DNA from: Bacillota bacterium
GTDB taxonomy: Bacteria > Bacillota > JAAYKD01
Reading direction: 5' to 3'
Assembly: GCA_963666425.2 (NCBI GenBank)
Contig: OY762825.2
Span: 1 to 64,000 of the forward strand
Length of the DNA stretch: 64,000 bases
Shown: positions 1-9,444 of the stretch, piece by piece
Numbering within the stretch: position 1 is the stretch's first letter
Layout: every line of letters begins with the position of its first letter
Made by a program: the position numbers and the translations under genes
The notes under the pieces: generated by a model
The model's database searches: none
Seen by the model: only the letters and a program-made list of their open reading frames with translations
Told to the model about the DNA's origin: nothing

Positions 1-404
1 ATTTCGACTTAATAGACTTCAGTCAAAAAGATATTTTTGTTCGGCTGCGGCAATCCTATCTTTTGCAGCTTGAATTGCTGAAAAGGTATCCTAAGATTCT
101 CGAATTTAATCAGCTTTCTACCTCTGCCCATTCTGTTGAGATCAATCAAGCGCTTGAGGAAAGAACTGTAAAAAACCATTCGTCATGCTACAACAAGATA
201 TTTGATACGATAGATGAATCCAATTTCAGGCAAGGTCTTGATATAGAAAAGTGCAAACAATTTATTTTTTGGTCGAATGTAGGTTTTACGAATCAAATTT
301 TAGACGAGATCCTCCATGAAGAGAAATCCGAGTTTGACGATACGAAGATCGTTGCCAGGCTCGATGAATATCTTGAAGAACTCAGGAAAATTTTCTATCA
401 ATAA
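1..404 (+). CDS. 5'-truncated TetR/AcrR-family transcriptional regulator (C-terminal part)
   Basis: Frame is open from position 3 to the stop at 404. The sequence 'DIFVRLRQ...IDESNFRQGLDIEK...YLEELRKIFY' resembles the C-terminal domain of Firmicute TetR regulators; the HTH would lie before the window. Confidence 0.6.
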   Translation, partial: FDLIDFSQKDIFVRLRQSYLLQLELLKRYPKILEFNQLSTSAHSVEINQALEERTVKNHSSCYNKIFDTIDESNFRQGLDIEKCKQFIFWSNVGFTNQILDEILHEEKSEFDDTKIVARLDEYLEELRKIFYQ

Positions 405-603
405 ATAAGTCGGATAGAGGTAATTACAGCGATTAGGATTTTCTGTTCTTCCGTTACAGGCAGCGCACTGCAAGTCGCCTCTATTGTCTGCACTGTTGAC
501 CTTCTATGATGATTGAATCTGATAGCAATACAAGCCGACACATCAGATAGCGCAATCCTCACGTTATAATTGAAAATATCATCAGATGCTGCGGAGGTAA
601 AGA

Positions 604-1368
604 ATGAATGAAATAGAGAAGCCAATAATCGTTGAATTTCCTTTAAGAGGTGAGTGGCTAACTCCTAATACGCCAGGGAAAAGGATTCCCAGCCACGGAA
701 CGAACCGATTTGGAACTCGCTACGCTTATGATTTCTTACAAGTGGATTGGAAAAGAAAAGGTTGGCCCAGTTACCGCATCCACTGGCTGCAGTATCTTCT
801 ATTTGGAGTCGCTCTCCATCAGTGTTATTGTTGGGGGCAAGAGATATATGCTCCCTGCGATGGTATCATTGTTCAAGCTGCAGATGGATATCGGGAAAGA
901 ACCAGAGTGCATTTACTTGCGGATTTATTCGTTGCCATTAAGAATTCCCATAATCAAAATCCAAACAAAGACAAAATCCAGTCCATTACCGGCAATTACA
1001 TCATAATGCAATGTGGTAAGGAGATCTATGCTGGATTTGCCCATCTTCAAAAAGATTCGATTCGGGTTGCAATTGGGCAATATGTAAAAAAAGGTGATAT
1101 TTTAGCCAGAGTAGGGCATTCGGGCAACTCGTTTTTTCCGCATCTGCACTTTCAACTCATGGATCATTATGAAATTCTTTCAGCAAATGGTTTACCCTGC
1201 GCTTTTGAGCAGTACGAATCATACCAAAACGGCGCATGGCGCACCGTGCTAAATGGTATTCCTATGGATAAGGAGAGAATACGCTTTGTGCCAACACCCC
1301 CGTCCCCTTGGCACACGTCCCCTTGGCACACGAATCATACCAAAACGGCGCATGGCGCACCGTGCTAA
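604..1368 (+). CDS. M23-family metallopeptidase; C-terminus extended by repeat-derived residues
   Basis: RBS GGAGGT upstream; SHG..YAYD, GNYIIM, AHLQ, GHSGNS and PHLHFQ (HxH) motifs; tail VPTPPSPWH is encoded by the 25-bp repeat. Confidence 0.8.
   Translation: MNEIEKPIIVEFPLRGEWLTPNTPGKRIPSHGTNRFGTRYAYDFLQVDWKRKGWPSYRIHWLQYLLFGVALHQCYCWGQEIYAPCDGIIVQAADGYRERTRVHLLADLFVAIKNSHNQNPNKDKIQSITGNYIIMQCGKEIYAGFAHLQKDSIRVAIGQYVKKGDILARVGHSGNSFFPHLHFQLMDHYEILSANGLPCAFEQYESYQNGAWRTVLNGIPMDKERIRFVPTPPSPWHTSPWHTNHTKTAHGAPC
1287..1315 (-). repeat. Dispersed 25/29-bp repeat, single copy (C-rich strand on top)
   Basis: TGTGCCAACACCCCCGTCCCCTTGGCACA; 8-bp terminal inverted repeat TGTGCCAA/TTGGCACA. Confidence 0.95.
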
Positions 1369-1402
1369 ATGGTATTCCTATGGATAAGGAGAGAATACGC
1401 TT

Positions 1403-1431
1403 TGTGCCAACACCCCCGTCCCCTTGGCACA
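1403..1431 (-). repeat. Dispersed 25/29-bp repeat, single copy
   Basis: Identical to 1287-1315. Confidence 0.95.
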
Positions 1432-1449
1432 AGACAGATGAAAGGAAAT

Positions 1450-2301
1450 ATGATGAAGAAGAAAACACATTTTTTATTAGTAATAACAATATTACTTTTG
1501 ATTGTCATAGCAGCAGCAGGAGTGCTATCGCTAGATTTCAGCAAAAGTTATAAAATCACAAACCAATATGGCGATGTAGTAGAAATTTACGGTAACGGTA
1601 TTTATGCCCACGATTCTTTTTTCAAAGCACCAATCTCCATCGGGACCGATATGTGTATCCTTTTTGTTTTGGTACCTCTGTTTATTTCTGTTTATTTGCA
1701 GAATCTGAAGGAATCTAGCAACAAAGTAAAATTGAAACTGATGTCGTTATATGCTGTTGCGTTTTATTATGCAGCCAGTATTTCGCTTGGAGTAACATAT
1801 AATCAATTTCATTTACTCTATATCGCACTTTTCACTTGCTCGCTGTTCGGTATCTTTTCTGTCATGCGGGAATTGAAAATGGAAGCATTGAATTATACCG
1901 CTACCAAAGGTATGGGTGTCTTTCTAGTCATGACAGGGATCGCATTAATCGCTGCATGGATGCCTGATATTATCCCAACGCTGATTTCCGGCACAACACT
2001 ACCGCTGATTGAGGTTTACACAACCGAAATCACCTATGTGCTGGATATGGGCATCATAGGTCCGCTCTGCTTGGTATGTTTTTCTTTGCTCAAGAAAAAA
2101 GACAAACTTGGCATTGTTATTTTAGCTCCATTACTGCAAGCCTGTATCATCGTTGGTATTATGATGATTCCACAAACAATATGCCAAATTCTTTCTGGTT
2201 ATGAGCTGGTTTTACCTGTGATGATTACAAAATCAGGTTCCTTTGTACTGTTGGGTGGCTTTGCCTACTACTTTAATCGAAAGTTATATCAAGGGTTATG
2301 A
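1450..2301 (+). CDS. Polytopic membrane protein, unknown function
   Basis: ORF 1369..2301; likely start ATG 1450 after AAAGGA; about 8 hydrophobic segments. Confidence 0.7.
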   Translation: MMKKKTHFLLVITILLLIVIAAAGVLSLDFSKSYKITNQYGDVVEIYGNGIYAHDSFFKAPISIGTDMCILFVLVPLFISVYLQNLKESSNKVKLKLMSLYAVAFYYAASISLGVTYNQFHLLYIALFTCSLFGIFSVMRELKMEALNYTATKGMGVFLVMTGIALIAAWMPDIIPTLISGTTLPLIEVYTTEITYVLDMGIIGPLCLVCFSLLKKKDKLGIVILAPLLQACIIVGIMMIPQTICQILSGYELVLPVMITKSGSFVLLGGFAYYFNRKLYQGL

Positions 2302-2324
2302 GTTGCATTTTTCACTTTGTCTTT

Positions 2325-2373
2325 AAGGGGACTTTATTCACGAAATATTCCGTGAGTAAAGTCCCCTTCTTTT
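2325..2373 (+). terminator. Intrinsic terminator-like hairpin
   Basis: AAGGGGACTTTATTCACG / CGTGAGTAAAGTCCCCTT 18-bp stem (one G-T pair) followed by CTTTT, 24 nt after the stop. Confidence 0.7.
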
Positions 2374-2760
2374 GATGTAAGAGTTTTTGAAGGTACAACA
2401 AATAGAGCATGGCTCGCCTTTTTGTGCGGAATCGATCGCTGTAATCTTCACTTTAACGGGCTTGAGGATTTGAAAATTGCAAGGGATTATCTCTTCTGTT
2501 GTAATTACAACAGAAGAAACAAGCCAGGCATGATATACTACGATTGTCAAGTGAGTATCCATACAGTGATTGAAATGAATTTCGGCTCAGCTATGCTTAT
2601 GCTAAGCTTATTTCTCACACGGAATTTCTACGGTTCAAACGCATTTTATTGATGAGTATCCTGTTGCTCGGTTCAGCGCAATGATCGGAAAGAAAAATCC
2701 AGTTCTTCGCGTTCGTCATGATACAAAATTCTAATATAAAAAAAGGAAAGAGGGAGAGAA

Positions 2761-3063
2761 ATGAAAAACACACCAGCGTTTCGTGAGGCCAAGAAAAAGG
2801 TTCTTCGCAGATTGCAGCAGTTCGTACCGGTTGTGGAAAAAGTCCATGGCGGCAATCACCCGGAATTTCATCAAGTTCGTGCCATTTTTGATCGTATCAG
2901 TGAAAAGATAACAGCGGCAGCTGCCAGTCGGCCCGAGTTGGAGGAGGAATTTGCCAAGCTGCGTGAGATTACGGCGCACTACACCATCCCTGAAGATGTC
3001 TGCGAAACATACGAAGCTGTTTATCAGATGCTGGCAGAATTGGATCAGGCGTATCATGATTAA
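2761..3063 (+). CDS. Small iron-sulfur cluster repair (RIC/ScdA-like) di-iron protein
   Basis: KVHGGNHPE and YTIPEDVCETY...L.ELD motifs typical of the RIC hemerythrin-like domain; RBS AGGGAG. Confidence 0.7.
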   Translation: MKNTPAFREAKKKVLRRLQQFVPVVEKVHGGNHPEFHQVRAIFDRISEKITAAAASRPELEEEFAKLREITAHYTIPEDVCETYEAVYQMLAELDQAYHD

Positions 3064-3101
3064 ATCTCTACGATATGAAAACCAGAAACGGGTGAGATGA
3101 T

Positions 3102-4952
3102 GTGCAAAGGTTTATTTTAAGCAAGAAAAATGTCATAGCCCTGATTGAAGCAGTGTTAATTATCATTGCCTTTACCGGTGAATGGGGCTTTCACAATCCG
3201 GATTTATTTCTTTGGCCATTAATGATCGCTTCTGTGTTGGGGATCATCCCAATTGCCATACAAGCCTTTCAAGCATTAAAAGTCAAAGTCATCAGTATCG
3301 ATGTTTTAGTTACTGTCGCGGTGAGTGCAGCATTTTTCATTCAAAGCTATGAAGAATCCGCTATTGTGACCTTCTTATTCTTGTTTGGTGCTTTTCTCGA
3401 GCAGCGCACCTTGAATAAGACGCGTTCTGCGATTAAAGAATTGCTCGAAATGGCACCGGAAAATGCTTTGAAGCAGATGGCAAACGGCGAATTTGCAGAA
3501 GTAGAAGTAGATCAAGTTGAGGTAGGTGATATTCTGCTCGTGAAAACCGGTGCGAAAGTAGCGGTGGACGGTACCGTCTTAACGGGAGAAGCTTACATCA
3601 ATGAAGCAAGTATTACCGGTGAGTCGCTGCCGGTAAGTAAAAAGCAAGATTCTAGAGTTTTTGCCGGCACCATTTTAGAAAACGGAACCATTCAGATGAT
3701 TGCTGACCGGGTTGGCGAAGATACTACGTTTGGCAAGATTATCGAATTGGTTGAAGAAGCGCAGGATTCCAAATCAGAAGCCGAGCGTTTCATTGACAAA
3801 TTTTCGAGAAATTATACGCCCGTGGTTTTGCTGCTGGCGATGGTTGTTTTTCTCGTCTCGCGGAATCTTGAACTTGCGATTACAATTCTTGTGCTGGGAT
3901 GTCCGGGTGCCTTGGTAATCGGTGTACCTGTTTCAAATGTTGCCGGGATTGGCAATGGTGCCCGCTATGGCATTCTCTTAAAGGGCAGTGAAGTCATTCA
4001 CGATTTCAGCAGAGTCGATACCATGGTCTTTGATAAGACAGGAACGTTAACCAGCGGCAAGCCCAAAGTAGCCGATACAATAATCTATACAGTTGATTCC
4101 ATTCGGGTATTGGCTTACCTAGCCAATCTTGAAAAACAGTCGGATCACCCTTTGGCTAAGGCCGTTGTAGAATCAATCGGAGCCACGGATTTTTACCCTG
4201 TGGAAGAAACCGATGTGGTGAAAGGCAGCGGCATTATCGCCAAGGTTGATGGTCATCGGATCGCGGTTGGCAATCTCGCACTGATGCAGCGGGAAAGTGT
4301 ACAGTTCAATGAAAAAGCGAGCACGGATCTAGCGCGCTTGGAACAGAGCGGCAGCTCTCTTGTGCTGATGGCGGTGGATGGTGAATTAGCAGTTCTCATT
4401 GGCATTCGTGATCAGACTCGACCGGGTGTGAAAGCAGATCTTGAAAAGCTAAGGAAATTAGGTGTGAAAAAGCTGATCGTGCTTTCGGGAGACAACCAAG
4501 GCACCGTTGATTTGGTTGCGCGTGAGTTGGGCTTGACAGAAGCTCATGGTCACATGCTGCCGGAGGATAAATCGGCCTTTATTCAAAAGCTGCAGGCAGA
4601 AGGGCAGATTGTGGCCTTTGTGGGTGATGGTGTCAATGACAGTCCTTCTCTGGCTTTGGCACAAATTGGTATCGCGATGGGCAATGGCACGGATGTGGCG
4701 ATTGAAACCTCCGACGTAGTCCTGATGAACTCGGATTTCAGCCGCTTACCGCATGCCTTAGGCTTGACCAAAGCCATAGCGAAAAACATGCAGCAGAATA
4801 TTATCATCGCGGTTGGCGTTGTCCTATTCCTGCTTGCCAACGTTTTCTTCAGTGAATGGATGAACATGTCCATCGGTATGCTGGTCCATGAAGTCAGTAT
4901 CTTAGCTGTCATCTTAAATGGGATGAGGCTGCTTCGCTACCAAGTAGACTAA
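3102..4952 (+). CDS. Heavy-metal translocating P1B-type ATPase
   Basis: TGES, CPG, DKTGT, SDHP and GDGVND motifs; HEVS in the last TM; no N-terminal metal-binding domain. Confidence 0.95.
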   Translation: MQRFILSKKNVIALIEAVLIIIAFTGEWGFHNPDLFLWPLMIASVLGIIPIAIQAFQALKVKVISIDVLVTVAVSAAFFIQSYEESAIVTFLFLFGAFLEQRTLNKTRSAIKELLEMAPENALKQMANGEFAEVEVDQVEVGDILLVKTGAKVAVDGTVLTGEAYINEASITGESLPVSKKQDSRVFAGTILENGTIQMIADRVGEDTTFGKIIELVEEAQDSKSEAERFIDKFSRNYTPVVLLLAMVVFLVSRNLELAITILVLGCPGALVIGVPVSNVAGIGNGARYGILLKGSEVIHDFSRVDTMVFDKTGTLTSGKPKVADTIIYTVDSIRVLAYLANLEKQSDHPLAKAVVESIGATDFYPVEETDVVKGSGIIAKVDGHRIAVGNLALMQRESVQFNEKASTDLARLEQSGSSLVLMAVDGELAVLIGIRDQTRPGVKADLEKLRKLGVKKLIVLSGDNQGTVDLVARELGLTEAHGHMLPEDKSAFIQKLQAEGQIVAFVGDGVNDSPSLALAQIGIAMGNGTDVAIETSDVVLMNSDFSRLPHALGLTKAIAKNMQQNIIIAVGVVLFLLANVFFSEWMNMSIGMLVHEVSILAVILNGMRLLRYQVD

Positions 4953-4995
4953 CAATTCAAAATAGAAATAACCATGAGCAAGAAAGGAAAACAAA

Positions 4996-5229
4996 ATGCA
5001 AAAAGCAACGATTCAATTAGAAACATTAACTTGTCCGTCCTGTGCCTTGAAAATTGAGAGCGCAGTAAAATCACTGAATGGCGTGGAAAAAGAAAGTGTC
5101 AGCGTATCGTTTAACTCAAGTAAGGTGAAATTGGATTTTGATCAGGAAAAACTGAACATCGGAGAAATTGAGAAAGCGATTACCGTACTTGGCTATGAAG
5201 TCAAAAAATCTCAAGTAAAAGCGAAATAA
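4996..5229 (+). CDS. Heavy-metal-associated (HMA) domain protein / metallochaperone
   Basis: LTCPSC motif, 77 aa, directly after the P1B ATPase. Confidence 0.9.
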   Translation: MQKATIQLETLTCPSCALKIESAVKSLNGVEKESVSVSFNSSKVKLDFDQEKLNIGEIEKAITVLGYEVKKSQVKAK

Positions 5230-5245
5230 AAGTGTTCCGAAAACG

Positions 5246-5290
5246 ATCCCTGAGTCTGGATTTCTAAGTCTAGCTCAGGGATTTTCTTTT
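5246..5290 (+). terminator. Intrinsic terminator
   Basis: ATCCCTGAG...CTCAGGGAT stem followed by TTTCTTTT. Confidence 0.75.
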
Positions 5291-5338
5291 ATAATTTATA
5301 CTAAAAAATACACGAACCGAGCTAAAAAAATATTAAGC

Positions 5339-5368
5339 TTGATTTTTCACCATGAAAAGCGGTATAAT
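5339..5368 (+). promoter_or_regulatory. SigA-like promoter
   Basis: TTGATT-18nt-TATAAT upstream of the 5489 ORF. Confidence 0.5.
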
Positions 5369-5488
5369 TACATTAGGTGGTTAAGCGATAACAAAAACCA
5401 TAACAACATGGGAAAAGAATTGAATAAATAGCTTAATCCAACGATGAAGTGACTCTATTGTAGTTATTTCCCAAGGAGGACGGATCAT

Positions 5489-6403
5489 ATGAAATGGAAA
5501 GGCAGAGAAGAAAGCACTAATGTGGAAGACCGACGAGGGTCGGGTGGCATCTCCATGGGCGGTAAAGGGGCGCTTGGAGGAGGGCTCGGGATTATCGTCC
5601 TGATTATTTACCTGTTGTTTGGCGGAGATCTTGGTCAAATCATCAATCAACCTGGATTCACCGATACTTATAACCAACCTTCTCATCAACAAACAGCAGA
5701 AGAAGCGGAACTAGTGGATTTTGTTTCAGTTGTTTTGGCCGATACTGAAACTCTTTGGAATCAGTTATTAGCGATCGAAAATATAGATTATCAGGAACCG
5801 GTGTTGGTTTTGTACGCCGGTTATGTTCAATCTGCCTGTGGGACAACCGGAGCGTCAACCGGTCCGTTTTATTGTCCGGGAGATGAAAAAGTTTATATCG
5901 ATCTCAGCTTTTTTCAGGAGATGCAAGCCCAATTGGGTATCTCGGGAGATTTCGCCATTGCTTATGTCATCGCTCACGAAGTTGGACATCATGTGCAAAA
6001 CCAATTAGGGGTAATGGAGCAAATACAAGCAGCACAAGCGAATTTGAGCGAAGCAGAATATAATGAAATATCGGTCCGTTTAGAACTGCAAGCAGATTAT
6101 CTGGCTGGCGTTTGGGCACATTACGTTGCCGATTTGGACCTGTTGGAACAAGGAGATATTGAAGAAGCCTTGAATGCAGCAAGCGCTATCGGAGATGATC
6201 GGATACAAAAGCAAACGCAAGGTTATGTCGTGCCCGATAGCTTTACTCACGGCACCTCTGTTCAACGCGTAAAGTGGTTTACCATGGGTTATGAAGAAGG
6301 CGATTTGGATCTGTGGGACACCTTCACGATGCCCTATGAACAATTATCGCTGATGGGATACAGAAACAATGACTTTTTACTTTTTTCAATTATACAGCAA
6401 TAA
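5489..6403 (+). CDS. YpfJ-like neutral zinc metallopeptidase
   Basis: N-terminal R.S.NVEDRRG, GPFYCP, HEVGHHVQ (HExxH), ELQAD and FTHGTS motifs. Confidence 0.9.
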   Translation: MKWKGREESTNVEDRRGSGGISMGGKGALGGGLGIIVLIIYLLFGGDLGQIINQPGFTDTYNQPSHQQTAEEAELVDFVSVVLADTETLWNQLLAIENIDYQEPVLVLYAGYVQSACGTTGASTGPFYCPGDEKVYIDLSFFQEMQAQLGISGDFAIAYVIAHEVGHHVQNQLGVMEQIQAAQANLSEAEYNEISVRLELQADYLAGVWAHYVADLDLLEQGDIEEALNAASAIGDDRIQKQTQGYVVPDSFTHGTSVQRVKWFTMGYEEGDLDLWDTFTMPYEQLSLMGYRNNDFLLFSIIQQ

Positions 6404-6436
6404 TATGGCGTAAGACGAATTTTCTTAAGGAGAAAC

Positions 6437-6772
6437 GTGAATACATTAAAAAAGATGGCTCCGTATACACTGCTGTGTGCAGTTGCATTCAATATTTTAC
6501 CCTTGTTCGTTAATTCCACCGGTGGGTTTATGCTGAATCTGTTGGTGTTGTTCCCATCTCTTTGCTTTCTATCTTCTTTATTGTATGGCTTGAAACAAGG
6601 CTGGAATCTGCTCTATCCAATCATGATTGGTATACTTTTCATTCCAACGATTTCTCTTTTCTATAATCGTACTGCTTGGGTTTACTGTCTGGGTTATTCG
6701 CTCCTGTCCTTATTGGGTCTATATCTAGGGAAATCAATCAAGGTTCACAAAGACAGAAAGACTCATTCCTAG
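6437..6772 (+). CDS. Small 4-TM membrane protein (DUF2651-like)
   Basis: RBS AAGGAG, GTG start, four hydrophobic helices. Confidence 0.6.
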   Translation: MNTLKKMAPYTLLCAVAFNILPLFVNSTGGFMLNLLVLFPSLCFLSSLLYGLKQGWNLLYPIMIGILFIPTISLFYNRTAWVYCLGYSLLSLLGLYLGKSIKVHKDRKTHS

Positions 6773-7019
6773 AGATTTCGAGATTCTAGATCGGTTTAGA
6801 TTTGAATCAATTGAATTTTCGAAGATTGGGTGTTGAGCCGCCTGTTTCGTTTAGTACCTCCGGAAGTATAAGCCGGAAAGCAAAAAATAAGTAAATTGGG
6901 TGGGGCAAATGCCAAGATACCTAAAAAAGATCGTCGGAAAAATCCGACCTGGTTTCTTAGGGAATCCTCATAAAAGAAGTGTTCGGAAAGGTTTATTCCG
7001 TATCGTGTTGGGAATATGA

Positions 7020-7691
7020 CTAATTCTTCATTAATTGGGATTTTTGTTCGCTGCTGAATTTTTCCGTTGCGTATCTAAAAGCGATTTTTGGCATTACAGG
7101 TTTCCTTCTTGATAAATATTCATAAACCGCTTTGGCATCAGCCTGAGACAAAACCTTGAGCATCCAGCCATAACCCTTTAAGACGAGATAGTGAGAATCA
7201 TTCATTAAGAGATCGGAAATGAGAAAGGGATTAAAGCCATGATATTTTTGATGCTTAATAGGATAGATTAAGATCACAGCGGCGGCACGTCTGACACTAA
7301 AGTTAGGATGCTCCGTCCATTTTATGACGGATTTGAATAAATCATTGTTTTGGCTGAGCAGGTAGCCAAAGGCATGCGTGCAGAAATCATCGCAGTCATC
7401 CCAATCCGAGACATAACGCGTCAACCAGCCTTCAAAGACAGAAAAGGTGTTAGCGTCATAATAGTTTCTTACTCTATAGGCCCAATCATAGGCTATGATG
7501 CCTAACGCCCATTCTCGTTCGCTTAACAACTGCTCACAAAGTACTAACACAGGAGCAATGCTCTTATCCTCCAACTCCTTATATAGTGCGGAAGAGATCG
7601 CTCGGATATTGCCTGTTGTTATGTGATGATGGATCGATGCATTTTGGATTCTATTTCTTGCTTCCTTTACGATATCAAACATATTTGCCAC
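7020..7691 (-). CDS. DNA alkylation repair protein (AlkD-like HEAT-repeat)
   Basis: DWDDCD, W.....F.VRRAA, KGYGWMLK and FRYATEK motifs typical of the DNA_alkylation family. Confidence 0.8.
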   Translation of the reverse strand: MANMFDIVKEARNRIQNASIHHHITTGNIRAISSALYKELEDKSIAPVLVLCEQLLSEREWALGIIAYDWAYRVRNYYDANTFSVFEGWLTRYVSDWDDCDDFCTHAFGYLLSQNNDLFKSVIKWTEHPNFSVRRAAAVILIYPIKHQKYHGFNPFLISDLLMNDSHYLVLKGYGWMLKVLSQADAKAVYEYLSRRKPVMPKIAFRYATEKFSSEQKSQLMKN

Positions 7692-7729
7692 TGCTTTCTA
7701 TGTAATATACAATAACTTAGATCAAATGT

Positions 7730-7758
7730 ATCTTAGCATAATAGGAACAGATGTTCAA
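7730..7758 (-). promoter_or_regulatory. SigA promoter with overlapping LexA (SOS/Cheo) box
   Basis: Minus strand reads TTGAAC-17nt-TAAGAT with an extended TG; GAAC-agat-GTTC at 7745-7756 overlaps the -35. Confidence 0.7.
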
Positions 7759-7816
7759 GATCATACAGTGTTGATAGGATAACAAAGGAAATTCACTTAT
7801 GAAACAGCTGTTTTTC

Positions 7817-7844
7817 TTGAATAAGCTATAAAATCTGTTATAAT
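7817..7844 (+). promoter_or_regulatory. SigA-like promoter (extended -10)
   Basis: TTGAAT-16nt-TATAAT with TGn before the -10. Confidence 0.55.
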
Positions 7845-7915
7845 TATAACTGAAACATTTTTGAATTTGAGATTACAAGCTCTGATGAGATTTTTGATTT
7901 ACGAGGAGGGATAAA

Positions 7916-8467
7916 ATGAATTTACCAGCTGACAAATGCGGAGAATTAATCCAAACATTGAAAACTCGTTTTGAGAAGAATCGTTTTCGTCATGAAGGAC
8001 TTGGCTGGGCACAGGTAGAGGCGAAACTGGAAGCCAATCCCGATAAAATAGGATCACTGAACGAGATGGAAATCACCGGAGGTGAACCAGATGTGGTTGG
8101 GTTTGACGCGAAGACAGGTGAGTTTATTTTTTATGATTGCTCGGCGGAAAGTCCTGAAGGGCGCAGAAGTCTTTGCTATGACCATGAGGCTCTCGAGTCA
8201 AGGAAGGTAAATCGGCCAGAAAACAACGTGGTGGATCTGGCTGCTGCCATGGGTGTCGAATTGCTCACAGAAGAAGAATACCGCAGCCTGCAGAAATTTG
8301 CTGCGTACGACGCGAAAACCTCGAGCTGGCTGGCAACACCTCCGGGGATTAGAAAACTTGGCGGTGCTATCTTTGCCGATTTTCGTTACGGTATGGTTTT
8401 TGTCTATCACAATGGAGCGGATTCCTATTACTCCAGCAGAGGCTTCCGCTCTTCTTTGAGAGTCTAG
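7916..8467 (+). CDS. DUF4256-family protein
   Basis: EMEITGGEPDVV, CSAESP.GRRSLCYD, KTSSW and YHNGADSYY motifs; RBS GAGGAGG. Confidence 0.8.
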   Translation: MNLPADKCGELIQTLKTRFEKNRFRHEGLGWAQVEAKLEANPDKIGSLNEMEITGGEPDVVGFDAKTGEFIFYDCSAESPEGRRSLCYDHEALESRKVNRPENNVVDLAAAMGVELLTEEEYRSLQKFAAYDAKTSSWLATPPGIRKLGGAIFADFRYGMVFVYHNGADSYYSSRGFRSSLRV

Positions 8468-8497
8468 AGGTAGTATGGAAAAAGAGGGATTGAATCG

Positions 8498-9391
8498 ATG
8501 GATAGCAAGATAATCGAATTTTTAAGCAGCCCCGCATTACTTGAGCAAATTAGCGATATTACACGAATTGTTGATCCGCTGCAAAAAACGGTGACCGAGT
8601 ATAAAGATCGTGTGGCTATGATTGACGAAGCGCATTGTTTTGATTTCTGGGGCAAAAACAAAGCATGTGACAACTGCATTTCAATGAGAGGGTATAACGA
8701 TAATACTACCTATACAAAAATCGAATACACAAAAGATAAAACGTATATGGTTACAGCGGTTCCGTATAACATAGCCGACAGAAGAATTGTGATTGAGATG
8801 CTCAAAGACATTAGCAAAAGTGTTTTTCATGATTTGAGTGGTGATACTGTCATGCAACAGATTGGTATCCATACACTGATCGATAATATGAACAAGCTTG
8901 CTTTTCGCGATTCGTTAACCGGTCTTTATAATCGTCGATATATCATGGAAAAACTTCCGGTTGACTTACTGAACTCTGTTCTTTCAGCTACAGATTTGTC
9001 GATTATTATGGTGGATATCGATCACTTTAAAAAAGTAAACGATACTTATGGTCATATTGGCGGGGACTATACGCTGCAGCATGTCGCTGCAACATTATCC
9101 GGATGCCTGAAAAGAGCCAACGACTGGATTGCCAGATTTGGAGGAGAAGAATTTTTGATTTGCATGCCGGGAGCGAATCTTGAAGCAGCAAAAGCAACTG
9201 CGGAAGGTATGCGTGAGTCACTGGAAAAATCCTTGGTTCGATATCAGAATGCAGAATTCAACGTCACCGCCAGTTTTGGAATTAGCAATTTAAAATCAGT
9301 AGGACAGGTGAACGCCGAGGATTTAATCAAACAGGCAGATGAAAAACTATACTCAGCCAAAAACAATGGACGAAACAGAGTTGAGTTCTAA
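8498..9391 (+). CDS. Diguanylate cyclase (GGDEF) with Cys-containing PAS-like N-terminus
   Basis: DSLTGLYNRR, DIDHFKKVND and RFGGEEF; N-terminal C...W....C..C. Confidence 0.9.
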   Translation: MDSKIIEFLSSPALLEQISDITRIVDPLQKTVTEYKDRVAMIDEAHCFDFWGKNKACDNCISMRGYNDNTTYTKIEYTKDKTYMVTAVPYNIADRRIVIEMLKDISKSVFHDLSGDTVMQQIGIHTLIDNMNKLAFRDSLTGLYNRRYIMEKLPVDLLNSVLSATDLSIIMVDIDHFKKVNDTYGHIGGDYTLQHVAATLSGCLKRANDWIARFGGEEFLICMPGANLEAAKATAEGMRESLEKSLVRYQNAEFNVTASFGISNLKSVGQVNAEDLIKQADEKLYSAKNNGRNRVEF

Positions 9392-9444
9392 ATCAAAGTG
9401 ATTAAATTACTGCGGTGATTCGTATGGTAAAGGAGGAGAACGCG

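Larger units (their letters stand above)
1214..1431 (+). repeat. 102-bp exact direct duplication (1214-1315 / 1330-1431) plus a 15-bp tandem duplication (1301-1315 / 1316-1330)
   Basis: Read directly: both long copies run ACGAATCATACC...CCCCTTGGCACA, offset 116 bp, each ending in the dispersed repeat. Confidence 0.95.
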
